DNA from: Nitrososphaerales archaeon
GTDB lineage: Archaea > Thermoproteota > Nitrososphaeria > Nitrososphaerales > UBA213
Length of the DNA: 64,000 nt
NCBI GenBank assembly: GCA_965197925.1
Contig: CBDAOC010000017.1
Location: 96,001-160,000 of the forward strand
Direction: 5' to 3'
Shown: one piece after another, positions 53,288 through 64,000 of the stretch
How positions within the stretch are numbered: position 1 is the first letter of the stretch
Layout: every line of letters starts with the position of its first letter
Notes under the pieces: model-generated
Database searches by the model: none
What the model was told of the DNA's origin: nothing
What the model saw: the letters and a program-made list of their open reading frames with translations, nothing else
Position numbers and translations under genes: made by a program

Positions 53288-54289
53288 TTAAACTTCTGAC
53301 TCTTTGGGCCACATCATCTTTCTTAACTTCTTCCCTACCAGTTCTACTTGGTGTCCCTCTAATTCCTTCATATAACGTTCGAATGCAATTTTGCCCTCTT
53401 TTTCATATGTGCTTACCCATTCTTCTGCAAACTTCCCAGACTGTATTTCTGATAATACAAGTTTCATACGCTTCTTTACATCACTATCAATTACCGAAGG
53501 ACCTCTAGTCAAACCTCCATACCTTGCTGTTTCACTTACCCTATTATACATGCCTGTTATTCCATATCTCTGTATTAAATCTACAATAAGCTTTAATTCA
53601 TGGAGACACTCAAAATATGCAATTTCTGGCTGATATCCGCTCTCAACCAATGTTTCGAAAGCATTCAATATCAACGCATAGGTGCCTCCACATAAATCAA
53701 CCTGCTCACCAAACCAGTCTGTCTCAACCTCTTCCTTGAAACTTGTCTCAAGAACACCGGCCCTAGTGCATCCATTGCCCTTTGCCATTGCCAAAACCCT
53801 ATCCCATGCCCTTTTAGTAGAATCCTGATTCACTGCTACCAGAGCGGGTGTACCAAAATTTTCTAGATATAACTCCCTCACTCGCTGTCCTGGAGCCTTT
53901 GGCGCCACCATTATAACATCAACATCTTCTGGTGGGTCTATCCATTTCCAGTGTATTGAAGCACCATGAGAAAAGCCAATCGCCTTTCCGCTCTTGAGAT
54001 ACGGTGCAATCTCATGTTTGTAAACTTTTGCTTGCTCCATATCAGGAACCAAAATTTGTATTATATCACCAATCTTTGCTGCTTCAGCAACTTCTCGAAC
54101 ATCATGACCATCTTTCTTGGCGTGTTCCCAGCTTTTACCTGTTTTGCGTAGACCAACCACGACCTTTAAACCTGAATCCTTTAGATTGTTTGCTTGCGCA
54201 TTTCCCTGAATTCCGTAACCAATAACAGCCACAGTTTCGTTCTTTATGGAATCAAGTTTAACCTGATCATCCATCCATTGCTTTGCCAC
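53288..54289 (-). CDS. ilvC: Ketol-acid reductoisomerase
   Basis: IGYGIQG, MVAPKAPG, ETDWFGEQ, YFECLHE. Confidence 0.95.
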   Translation of the reverse strand: MAKQWMDDQVKLDSIKNETVAVIGYGIQGNAQANNLKDSGLKVVVGLRKTGKSWEHAKKDGHDVREVAEAAKIGDIIQILVPDMEQAKVYKHEIAPYLKSGKAIGFSHGASIHWKWIDPPEDVDVIMVAPKAPGQRVRELYLENFGTPALVAVNQDSTKRAWDRVLAMAKGNGCTRAGVLETSFKEEVETDWFGEQVDLCGGTYALILNAFETLVESGYQPEIAYFECLHELKLIVDLIQRYGITGMYNRVSETARYGGLTRGPSVIDSDVKKRMKLVLSEIQSGKFAEEWVSTYEKEGKIAFERYMKELEGHQVELVGKKLRKMMWPKESEV

Positions 54290-54673
54290 GGCTTTTCCTT
54301 ATTCAACACGTTATTAAAACTATGCTGGATGTTTAGGATGAAGTTTACACGGCTTTTTTTGATAAAAACGATGAATATAGGCTTGATTCTTTATATCAAC
54401 CGAGAGGATAAAATTACAGAAATCGAATGTAATAAATCTTTACCAATTGATAGCAAGGAAAATATTGGTTGGTGTTGATTATAGATATAAAATATCAGTT
54501 AACAAATTTTGTAGAAATTATGGCTGATGTGAGGCTGAACTCTGATTAAATTATCAGACGCTTTGAGCATTTCCTGCATTCTAATAGAACTTTATATACT
54601 TCATTACTAATTACTTTGAATTTTTTTGAGCCACATTCAGGACATAATGGGCAGGCTCGATTGCCTCGCATAT

Positions 54674-55204
54674 TTACCACTCCTGAGGTCTAGTATCTGA
54701 TTGTGAGATAACTTTCATCCTCTTTACCCCATCTACTTTTTTTATCACTTTTGCAACTTCATTTGGTACCAAGGATTCCCAATCATTTCCCTTTAAGATC
54801 AATTGTCGAATCTTGCTTCCATTGTACTTTTCTTTGTTGTAAAAATTTATTCTTGACACTTTAATTTCAGCCTTTTGCATTAACATTGCCACGTATGGAT
54901 TTCCAGTATAAACAACATCAAACTGCGGAAGAAATGATTTAAGATATCCTACCCATCGCGCATTATTTTCATCGTTAACCAGAGGAATAATATAACATTT
55001 CGTAAGGTTGATGCTGACCTCCTTCAATGCTTCATGAATAAAGAGAATTCTTTCGCCAGCAGTAAATGGATCTTTTTCAATGAAGTTGAATTGTGCACTT
55101 GTTATTGCAATTATGAGTTCGTCACATTCCTTCAATATACCTTTAACCAGTTCTAGATGTCCTTTATGAAAGGGCTGAAACCTACCAATTATCAATCCAC
55201 GCAT
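54674..55204 (-). CDS. nadM: Nicotinamide-nucleotide adenylyltransferase
   Basis: IGRFQPFHKGH, PFTAGER. Confidence 0.92.
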   Translation of the reverse strand: MRGLIIGRFQPFHKGHLELVKGILKECDELIIAITSAQFNFIEKDPFTAGERILFIHEALKEVSINLTKCYIIPLVNDENNARWVGYLKSFLPQFDVVYTGNPYVAMLMQKAEIKVSRINFYNKEKYNGSKIRQLILKGNDWESLVPNEVAKVIKKVDGVKRMKVISQSDTRPQEW

Positions 55205-55603
55205 AACACATTCAATATGTTCTTTCAATTAAAACTATTTTGTAAAATAACAAATAGGCCGGAAATCAGACTATATCTCCATGAACTAAGTTTAATGATG
55301 AGATTAATGACTCCATTATTATTTGTAAGCGACTCTGGTTATTACATTTTTTCCATAATTTATGCGAAACAGATTCCGGTATAGCTATACACATTATTAT
55401 TTTGGGTTGGAACATTACGAAAAAGTTGAGATTGTATTAACTCATACTAAAGTTATTAGGTATGTGATCTGATAGATTTGATGATTAGAGTTTGTTGCGA
55501 TGGTACTATCTAGTCATGATACCATCCTCATAGTACTACTGGTGGGCATTCTTACAATCATTTCTAATGTGGACAATGTGATTGAGTACAGCAATGCCTA
55601 GCT

Positions 55604-56825
55604 GATTGAGGGTTCCTGGACACAATCATTCCCTCCTAATCTGCCTGGACAGAAGAGGAGTGCGGCCTGGGCTTATGACAGCCTACATAATGTCATCATT
55701 CTATTTGATGGTGTCCCAGGGCCCAGCGAGACTTGGATTTATGATTTATCAACCGAATCCTGGGAAAGAAAGTCACCCCCTGTTTCTCCTCCTAGGAGAT
55801 CCGCTCACCCGATGACATTTGACAGCAATAATGGCGTCGTTGTCTTGTTTGGGGGATTTCGATTTTCACATGGAAACCACCTAGATGATACATGGGTCTA
55901 TGATGTAGAGACAAACACGTGGGAGGAATTGCACCCGGTTGGCTCACCCCCTCCGAGACACTGGGGCGGCTTTGCCTATGATAAGGATGATGGAGTAATA
56001 GTGCTCTTCGGTGGCCATAGTCCATTTGAAGGTAGCATCGGGGAAATACGGAACGATACTTGGATACTTAATTTGTCTACCGAGGCCTGGACCAAGGTGA
56101 ATCTTGTTCAAAGTCCTTCGCCGAGGCAGACATTTTTGATCTACAACGAAAGTGATGGGTTAGTGTACTTATTTGGAGGGTTGGAACAGGTATACAGACA
56201 AACCGATAGGAAATCATCTTTCTATAATGATATGTGGAGTTATGATGTTTCGATAAATACCTGGACACAAATATCAGGATTCACTGTAACATTATCAAAC
56301 CCAAATCAAGCTGAACCTTATTTTACAGCTCCTAAAGTTATGTTGGAGGAACAGTTGGTCTTTCAATTAATAGTTGATGATGGATTGGGATAGTACTCCA
56401 GAAATCGTTACGATCAATGTTAGACCTTCATACTTTACATTATCATCAACAGCGGAAGGGGCTACTTTCACAATAGAAGGTAAATCAGACCATATCATCC
56501 CTTTATCATTCAATATCAACCCTAAGGAGTCGGTAAAGTTCGACCTACCAGGGGGAGAGGGGGCGAGTTAGAGTTAAATCTCCAGAAGAATTTGATTGAT
56601 GAAATTCAGACTTTGAGATCGGAGAATGGGCAAATTTCCTTTCAAAAAATATCATCTACATCAACTTCAACTACCATCCGATTCACTGTGCCTGATGATA
56701 TAACTTCAATAGAGATAACGGGTGCATTTGTTGTACCGGAATTTCCAATTACTATGATCGTCTTTTCTGCGACGGTTGCTTCGCTACTGATCATGCGCTC
56801 TCACAGAATTATCTCATTGCAATAA
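55604..56825 (+). pseudogene. Kelch-repeat surface protein with PEF-CTERM anchor, frameshifted
   Basis: VLFGG..DTWxY Kelch repeats. Fragments 55812-56393, 56374-56571 and 56592-56825 end in VVPEFP + TM. Confidence 0.75.
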
Positions 56826-57035
56826 AGTGGAGTATGAATCCATACAATCCAATACACCTTCACGAAAGGCTATACCAATTTTTCATATATCATGTAATCC
56901 ATTTCTTGAAAACCGTTATTCCTTCAATTAATACTTCCGATATAACAATTCAGTTATTGCTGGTGTAAGTATTATTTGGTAAAATTACAACACCAAATAT
57001 CAGCCTAAATCTGGCATTTGAATCTATAATTATCA

Positions 57036-57112
57036 AGTATGAGTATGAGTATGAGTATGAGTATGTGTATACAACATATCACATATGATATATAATATAT
57101 CATATGTGATAT
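57036..57112. repeat. (AGTATG)x5 microsatellite followed by a perfect 37-bp palindrome (57076-57112)
   Basis: ATATCACATATGATATAT-A-ATATATCATATGTGATAT. Confidence 0.85.
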
Positions 57113-57194
57113 ATAATGTAGAATCTCATTTGACTTTTCTTTTCACCTAAATGTTATAGGTCACATCTGAATTAATCGTTGATAAATCAACAAA

Positions 57195-57635
57195 TCATGT
57201 AGCACTTGTTGAAAAGCAGCCAGAATTTGGACTAGGATAACACGTTGCATCTTTATCTTTAACATTATTTTTATCTTCAAGAGTCCTACTAACTTCATAT
57301 TGAAGTGTATCTTTAGCATTTGTAAACCAATTCCTGAAGAATGATATCTGGTTTTTGTCCCCTATATTTTGAAGATTCACCTCATCTAACTCAGACGTTA
57401 TCCTATTCTCAAAGTTGGTTTCAAAGATTGACAATGGGATTACCATTTCTTTTTTTGCTAGGATCTGAGCGGCGATAGATTTCTGTAATCCATTTAACGC
57501 CTTGCTTTCTATATGATCTCTATCCACAAAAGCGTTTGCAACAGGAAAAGAAACAGGAATACAGCTGATTATTATTATCTCACTCAATAAAATTGATAAA
57601 AGAATCAACTTCGATACTATTTGACTCAATAACAA
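57195..57635 (-). CDS. Hypothetical secreted protein (possibly truncated)
   Basis: Hydrophobic N-terminal signal-like segment. Confidence 0.4.
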   Translation of the reverse strand: MLLSQIVSKLILLSILLSEIIIISCIPVSFPVANAFVDRDHIESKALNGLQKSIAAQILAKKEMVIPLSIFETNFENRITSELDEVNLQNIGDKNQISFFRNWFTNAKDTLQYEVSRTLEDKNNVKDKDATCYPSPNSGCFSTSAT

Positions 57636-58209
57636 TGGGTGGGTCTTGGTCGAATTAAACTATTTCCTAAGTTACCGTGATATCACCTTTGAAATGTCAA
57701 TGGGACACTGTAATCTTCCACACTTCACAAAAAGATCTTGATACAGGGTGTTGAAAGCGAGTCTGGCTGTATCAGTTGCGATAAAGGTTCGTGTTGTGAA
57801 TTTTATTTTCCTTTGGTCAATTCTTCTATGGTGCAAATGAAGAACGAAATAAGCGATGGAGAAGCATTATATGTTATTATCTTATATATTACTTTCAATA
57901 CTAAGATAAGCTCAACAATAAATAATATTTTTCTCATTGACATTCCCTTCGAATCAGTTGATATCTTCTACTTCTCTAGCAAACTTTACTCCTTTATCCA
58001 TGAACCGATAGCCTTTGTTGTCATGATGTATAAGGGAATACATCGGATCTCCCTGTTTGAGATGTACAATGGGCCTGAATAAAGTCTCCTAGGTTGTGTT
58101 GAAAGCGTGCCTGATATGTTCATAATGAGACATTGGATCCAACTTCAGAACTTCACCACTTGTAAACTGAGACATCTTTAATTATATGTTATGATGCTGA
58201 AAAAGTAAA

Positions 58210-59106
58210 GTGAGAGTAGGCACCATATTGATAGTAGGGTCAATAGCTCTAGATACGATAGAAACCCCTTATGCTAAACGAGAGAATTTGGTGGGAGGGT
58301 CGGCTACATATGCTACAATCGCCGCAGGAAATTTTTCATCCGTTCATGTAGTTGGGGTAGTGGGCCGGGATTTCCCTGCGGAAGGATTTCACATTTATGA
58401 GAACTTTGCAAAAGATTTAACCGACTTGAAAATCGAGGAAGGGACAACTTTCAGGTGGGGAGGACGGTATGGACATAATATGGATGACCGTGAAACCCTC
58501 TTTACCGATCTAGGAGTTTTTGAATCATTCACTCCTCAGCTTTCTGAAACCAACCGATCTGCAGATTATGTATTTCTTGCCAATATTCATCCGGCTCTTC
58601 AACAATCTATCATAAATCAGATTAATGCTAACACTAAGGTGATTGTAGATACAATGAACCTGTGGATTGACACCACCAAACAGGAACTTCTGAAGATAGT
58701 TGGGAGGGCGGACATCCTGATTATCAATGATAGTGAAGCCAGACTTCTGAGCGGATGTGGGTCTTTGGACGAATGTGCTGTCTGGCTCATGAGTAGGGGT
58801 CCTGATACTTTGGTAATCAAGAAGGGTAGTCAAGGAGCCATAATGTTCAAGGAGAAAGAAAAAATTTCCATATCGAGTTATCCGGTGAAAAATGTTATGG
58901 ACTCGACTGGGGCAGGGGACACATTTGGAGGCGGTTTTTCGTCTGTCCTTGCCAGGGGTGGTAGTCTTTTGGAAGCCCTTGTCACCGCTTCTGCACTTGC
59001 CTCTATTTGCGTGGAAGGTTTTGGCGTGGAAGCTCTGTTGAAGGCATCAGAAGAAGAAATACATAGCCGGGAAGATTTCCTGAGGACCACTCTCAAGTTC
59101 ACATGA
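58210..59106 (+). CDS. PfkB/ribokinase-family sugar kinase
   Basis: GGSATY, INDSEA, DSTGAGDTFGGG. Confidence 0.9.
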   Translation: MRVGTILIVGSIALDTIETPYAKRENLVGGSATYATIAAGNFSSVHVVGVVGRDFPAEGFHIYENFAKDLTDLKIEEGTTFRWGGRYGHNMDDRETLFTDLGVFESFTPQLSETNRSADYVFLANIHPALQQSIINQINANTKVIVDTMNLWIDTTKQELLKIVGRADILIINDSEARLLSGCGSLDECAVWLMSRGPDTLVIKKGSQGAIMFKEKEKISISSYPVKNVMDSTGAGDTFGGGFSSVLARGGSLLEALVTASALASICVEGFGVEALLKASEEEIHSREDFLRTTLKFT

Positions 59107-60066
59107 CATAAATTCTTCCCACTAATTTCCCCTCCCTTTACAGTATAAGTCAACTATAGAAGATTATGGGAAAATACATTATTAGGATTATTGTGGATAC
59201 AACTCATAATCTCATTGTATTTCCCGATGGATTAGAAGTAATCCGTGATCAAAATCTTTTGAATTTAATGATTTTAACTATTGTTTTAGTGTTGGTTACT
59301 ACCTAACAAAATTGAATCAGAAAAATAATCATGTAAGACTTTTTATGGGATATTCTAACATAATCAAGTTTAATTAGAAATTGAAATTAGTCATCACAAA
59401 TTGAAATCGTGATAATACGAAGATAAGAAATAAGGTGAGGAATTGTTCTTTGGTATAAAGCCCTCCAAAATTTGTCATCAGGTACTGAGTATAGAGGTAA
59501 ACGTCATGCTCCAGATTTATGAGTAGAAAAAATAATCCTAAACATTTTCAAAAGTCGAGAAATCTGATTATCAGGAACTTAAATTTATATCACTTCAATA
59601 AAGGAAATTTGAATCAACTATAGTGATTTTGTAAAGTATAGTTATATTTGCCTAATCTTCTTAGTAGCCATTTTAAGAACAACAGCTGGAACATGCCCTT
59701 TTGGGTTTTAACCCACACCTCAATCTTGTCTTGTGTCTCCGCAAATCACTAACGTATTTGTGACATGAAACACAGATAGGCATATTAATTGATCCTCGAA
59801 AAATATATAAAAACTTTGTGTACTTTATAAAATAATATTTTGGTTTTGTTTATTTGTAACATCATTCTTATCTCTGTTAACCAGTATCGAATAATGACGT
59901 TACTCAAATGGGAATTAATCTATATTGGTGGTGGTTTGTCCCTTAGCTAATGAGTATTTCCATCAGCATTTTCTAGAATGGGAATGATGTGTGACAAAAG
60001 GTACCGGTAACCAGTATCGATCCTTTTACTATTCATTTGCACTAAGAACTGAGTCTATAACTATAT

Positions 60067-61160
60067 GAGGCATGGGCATTATTCCATATAACAAAAATAA
60101 CTTGATGCCTCTGATTGATTAACTTCCCAACATGTGCTTCAATGCCCTTAATGGTCTTCCTGTCAAGTAGTTGTAGTATACCATCAGCTGGTATAGCAAT
60201 ATAGAAATCAGAACGATGCTCCTAGCTTTATCGAACCCTCTAACAGGTAGTGGGTCTATATCAAATACATCCTTTATCTGCTCTATCAATGGTTCAACGC
60301 TTATGCTCCTCCGAGAATATACATGCTGCCCAAATTCCGATTGATAGAACTGCAGCAATGCCAGTCTATTATTATCTGTAGTATGCTTGTACCTTTCCAA
60401 TGGGAATACTGGATGCCCTCTATACCTGCTGAAATCACATAACTTGTGATCATCATATCCTTCATCTCCTACAACATACCTTACCATTCCTGTAGGCAAT
60501 GAAGATGTTATGCTTTCATACATCTTGTTATCAGTAATGTTAGCTGTTGTGAAATCAGCTGATAATGGAACTATCAATGAACCTGTGCTACACGCTAGAT
60601 GCAGTTTGTATCCTAATATCCATCCCTTGGTTCTGCTGTAGCCCCATCGAGCATCTGTATCTATACCGGAGCGTGGCACTTCATTCTTCTTCATGTTTGA
60701 TCTATGCCATACATGTCCCTTTGCTTTCAACAATGAACTGTCAACGGATATTATGGCTGGGTCTACCAACCCATCTTTTATGAAGAGCATACCCATAACA
60801 TCTATCCTTGATCTTATGTCAATTGATACGGCCTTGACCTTCTGTCGAATGTTCTTCTGTCTGGCAACCTATCAAGACCACATGCCTTCATTACCTTCCT
60901 GTTGTATGGCATGTCTATCAAAAAGTTTCATATAAAGCATTGTTGCCTGGTATTCTTATCCATACTCTAACGATGAAGCATCTCACCATTACTGTAGGAG
61001 AATAGTAGAATGGTCTACCCCTTTTCCTAAGAGGTTTTGGCCGAATCACGTCAATCAAAAATAATATACGAAGAAGTATGGAGTCTGAGCTAAACACATT
61101 ACCAATGAAAATTGGAACCTGATCTTATCGTTTCGACCGGCTTAATTATGCCCAAGCCTC
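60067..61160 (-). mobile_element. IS element type C, second copy (1094 bp), frameshifted
   Basis: Near-identical to 48474-49567. Flanks AACTATAT / AATTATAT (8-bp TSD with one mismatch). Confidence 0.9.
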
Positions 61161-61334
61161 AATTATATATTTGTCATACTCTAACATTCTTTTGCACTCT
61201 CCCTGGAAAAATAAGTTTGAAGTATTTGGTTTGTGTTAGGCTGTCCAACAACATGTGTATCCTTAGTTATAGAAAATCTGTCTTCTTTGTTCATTCCAGC
61301 TTATATTGTAGCCACACACCTAATAGAATGATAA

Positions 61335-62182
61335 ATGAATGGATTTTCCCGTTCAAAAGACAGTCGGACTGTAGGAATACAGGCAATCCTAGAGAAAACT
61401 AGGGTATGGATTGCGATAGTAATGTCTTTAATAATATTGATGCCCCTATCAACCTCATTAATATTTGCAGAGCCATTATATGATGTGATAGAGCTGAGCA
61501 CCATCGATGGTAACGATAGGATCACTAGCTACTCTGATACTATATTGATAAAAAAACAATGGTAATTCTGCCCTGCATAGTGTACGCTTATTCCTCTCTC
61601 CGGATATAGCAAGAAGTTTCCATCTTGAAAGTAATTCAATCAAGTCTATAGAACCAAACGGTACAGCAACAGTTGATATACAACTGTTTGGAAATCCAAA
61701 TAGGGATATTTATGGCGAGGTGATGCCTTACAATGGCATCATTACTGTAATGGCACCCAATCACAATCCCGTTTTTCTTCCAGTGGAGACTGAATCCTTA
61801 GACTCTTACCATCATCTATCCTTCATGGAGAAGGTAGCTGATTTGGAAAGGCAGCGTTCTAGGTTACCATTGATTAGTACTGTACTGAAAACTGGTCCTG
61901 TAAAGAAATCTGATGTAGAAGTAAGAACAGGGTTGGGCTCTAGAGAGATCAACTCAGCCTCAGGTGAAATTATGATAAAGAATACAAGTGATAGAGCACT
62001 GAACAATGTACGAATAATGTCATCAACACTTAGCAATGTATTCCTCCTAGATAAATCCAATATAGCAAAAATTTAACCTAATGGAGAAATATCCATACAA
62101 TTGATACCAAAGATAGACGCTGGTAAGTATGCAAGTGGATACTCTGGGGAAGTGATCATAGCACCAGAAGAAATACCTTTAC
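61335..62182 (+). pseudogene. Fragmented secreted/surface protein gene
   Basis: Signal-like N-terminus at 61335-61565, with in-line fragments continuing through 61720-62076 interrupted by stops. Confidence 0.5.
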
Positions 62183-62318
62183 CGTAAGTACATTGGTAGA
62201 AGGATGGGAGACGTTCGTACAGGTAAACGAAAATTAGTCATTACAATTGTACTAGAGGAAAGACTAATGTAGAATTTATCCCTAAAGTTTAATTGCTGGT
62301 TTTCAGTTAGCTGCTCGA

Positions 62319-63149
62319 ATGTCTGAAGATATACCAAAGAAGGAAGCCGAATCTCCTGACTATACACGAAAGGAAGCTTTAATGCCAGAGGGTATGACAA
62401 TGAAAAAATCCACTTTTAAAAAATTCTTAATTGGATTGGTAGCTGCATTGGTGATCTCTGCTTTTTTGGGAGGGTTTCTTGTAGGCGGCGGAGAAATAGG
62501 AATCTCTCCACCAGAACCTCTTCAACCGGCACAACAAGCACAACCTGCTCAACCTACTGAACGAATAGAACCCATTGAAGCAGAAAGAATTTTGGTTTCT
62601 TTGGGTGACGACCCTGTCAAGGGAGATTTAGAAGCACCGGTAACAATTGTGGAATTCTCTGATTATCAGTGCCCATTCTGTTCACGATTCTTTAGGAATA
62701 CATTGCCCCAAATACAGCAAGATTATATTGATACGGGGAAGGTAAAGTTAGTCTATAGGGATTTTCCTTTGGATAGTATACATCCAAATGCCATACCAGC
62801 GGCCATGGCTTCAGAATGTGCGCATGAACAGGGGGAGTTTTGGAGTTATCATGACAAATTATTTGGCAGTCAACAAGAATGGGCATCTTTAAGCAAAAAC
62901 GAAGTAAGTAACTCGTTCAAAGATTTCGCGATTGAATTGGGACTAGATTCAGAACAGTGGAGTTCTTGCTATGATTCTGGAAAGTATCTTGATGAAATAC
63001 TTGATGATTATCAGGAAGGAATAGAATATGGTACTAGAGGAACTCCAGGATTCTTTATAGGTAATGAAGAAGATGGATCTGTAAGAATTGCTGGAGCGCA
63101 ACCTTATTCCGTTTTCCAGCAGATTATTGATATAGAGCTAGCAGGCTGA
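62319..63149 (+). CDS. DsbA-family thiol-disulfide oxidoreductase
   Basis: EFSDYQCPFC, YRDFPL, GTP, GAQPY. Confidence 0.92.
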   Translation: MSEDIPKKEAESPDYTRKEALMPEGMTMKKSTFKKFLIGLVAALVISAFLGGFLVGGGEIGISPPEPLQPAQQAQPAQPTERIEPIEAERILVSLGDDPVKGDLEAPVTIVEFSDYQCPFCSRFFRNTLPQIQQDYIDTGKVKLVYRDFPLDSIHPNAIPAAMASECAHEQGEFWSYHDKLFGSQQEWASLSKNEVSNSFKDFAIELGLDSEQWSSCYDSGKYLDEILDDYQEGIEYGTRGTPGFFIGNEEDGSVRIAGAQPYSVFQQIIDIELAG

Positions 63150-63207
63150 ATTTGATTATATTCCCACAATAGGTCCAAGATTTCCTTTGAAGGCTAAAAA
63201 TGTTAAG

Positions 63208-64000
63208 CAACTCATCTCAAAACCCTACAATACGTCAAAAATGATGCAGGATTAACAAATGCCAGATAGTTTTCTGCCGTTCTTTCATACCTGGTTCTTG
63301 TTCTGTGAAATCCATTCTTGAGCCATGCAAGGAATCTCTCAACTACAAATCTTGTCTTGTTGTAATGTTTGCAATCATTATTTTGCAAGATGAACTTGGA
63401 ATTTATTTTGTATGGGATGCAACATGCAATATTTCTATCCCACAAATACATTCTGATGTATTTTGCATCATTTTGTCTGCATAAACTGGTTCTATCTGTT
63501 GTATTGAATCATCATCAAGATAGTCTGAAATTGATCCTGTAGCATCCATGCATTTTGTACTGTCATGTTCATTTGCCGGACTCAGCAGTATGGATATTGG
63601 AAATCCGTTACCCTCTACTGCGGCATGTATTTTTGTACCTGTTATTCTCTTGAATCCATTATATCCAGTTACATTGCCCCTTTTTTATCAGGAATGGATG
63701 AAGAGTCAACTGATATTTTTTGTAGATTAATTTTGCCAGATTTATGTGCTGAGTGAATAGTACGTGATAGAATATTTTTCCAGATTCCTTTTTGTTGCCA
63801 TTTGTTTAACCTTCTGTTTGCAGTAGAATCATCACCATATCTTTTTGGCATATCGTCCCATCGGCATCCAGTAGTTAGAACATGGATTATTCCGTTAATG
63901 ATTTTTCTATCATCATCTCTAGGCCTGCCAGTTTTTGCATGTGGTGGTATGTGTGATTCTATCATACTCCACTGTTTGTCTGATAATTCTTGGAATTTCA
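63208..64000 (-). mobile_element. IS5-family element type B, second copy (window-truncated)
   Basis: Reverse complement of about 13590-14383, with IR CAACTCATCTCAAAAC. Confidence 0.9.

Noticed and set aside
57738..58082. 114-aa ORF upstream of the PfkB kinase
   Set aside because: Atypical composition and no motif. Likely spurious or a decayed gene on either strand.
859..58833. Numerous antisense/overlapping ORFs in the track (e.g. 859-1185, 9124-9597, 35562-36011, 45293-45724)
   Set aside because: Shadow frames of well-supported genes with no recognisable motifs.
59878..60020. TAACCAGTATCGA occurring twice about 130 bp apart
   Set aside because: Short, only two copies, and with no associated structure.
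1..64000. tRNA, rRNA or tRNA-derived att site bounding the island
   Set aside because: No cloverleaf or T-loop-consistent sequence was found by eye. tRNAscan-SE would be needed to exclude it fully.

Overview
AT-rich archaeal chromosome segment, most consistent with Thaumarchaeota/Nitrososphaerota (TBP, aRF1, Cbf5, Cdc6/Orc1, RadA, split methylmalonyl-CoA mutase, PEF-tailed surface proteins). 0.5-5.3 kb encodes a branched-chain amino-acid ABC transporter. About 5.5-23.8 kb is a heavily decayed mobile/defence island. It holds a divergent pair of ribbon-helix-helix genes, DUF5131 + TcmP + an SPL-like radical SAM pseudogene, a YwgA + HD dNTPase-like pair, and a DUF3800 gene followed by a structured GC-rich RNA-like element. 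It also holds a restriction endonuclease relic, a decayed TIR-SLATT-PGDYG operon, and an IS5 element carrying two toxin-antitoxin pairs inside its terminal inverted repeats. Three copies of a module (shared gene 3' end + TGTTAC-N9-GTAACA palindromic site) each precede different cargo, which suggests cassette-like accretion. 23.8-64 kb is mostly housekeeping (pyrE, tbp, cmk, cbf5, sdhABCD, aRF1, cdc6-wHTH-radA, mce/mcm/meaB, ilvC, nadM, dsbA) interrupted by several IS copies and pseudogenes. No tRNA, rRNA or convincing CRISPR array was seen. All family assignments are by eye from motifs, not database searches.
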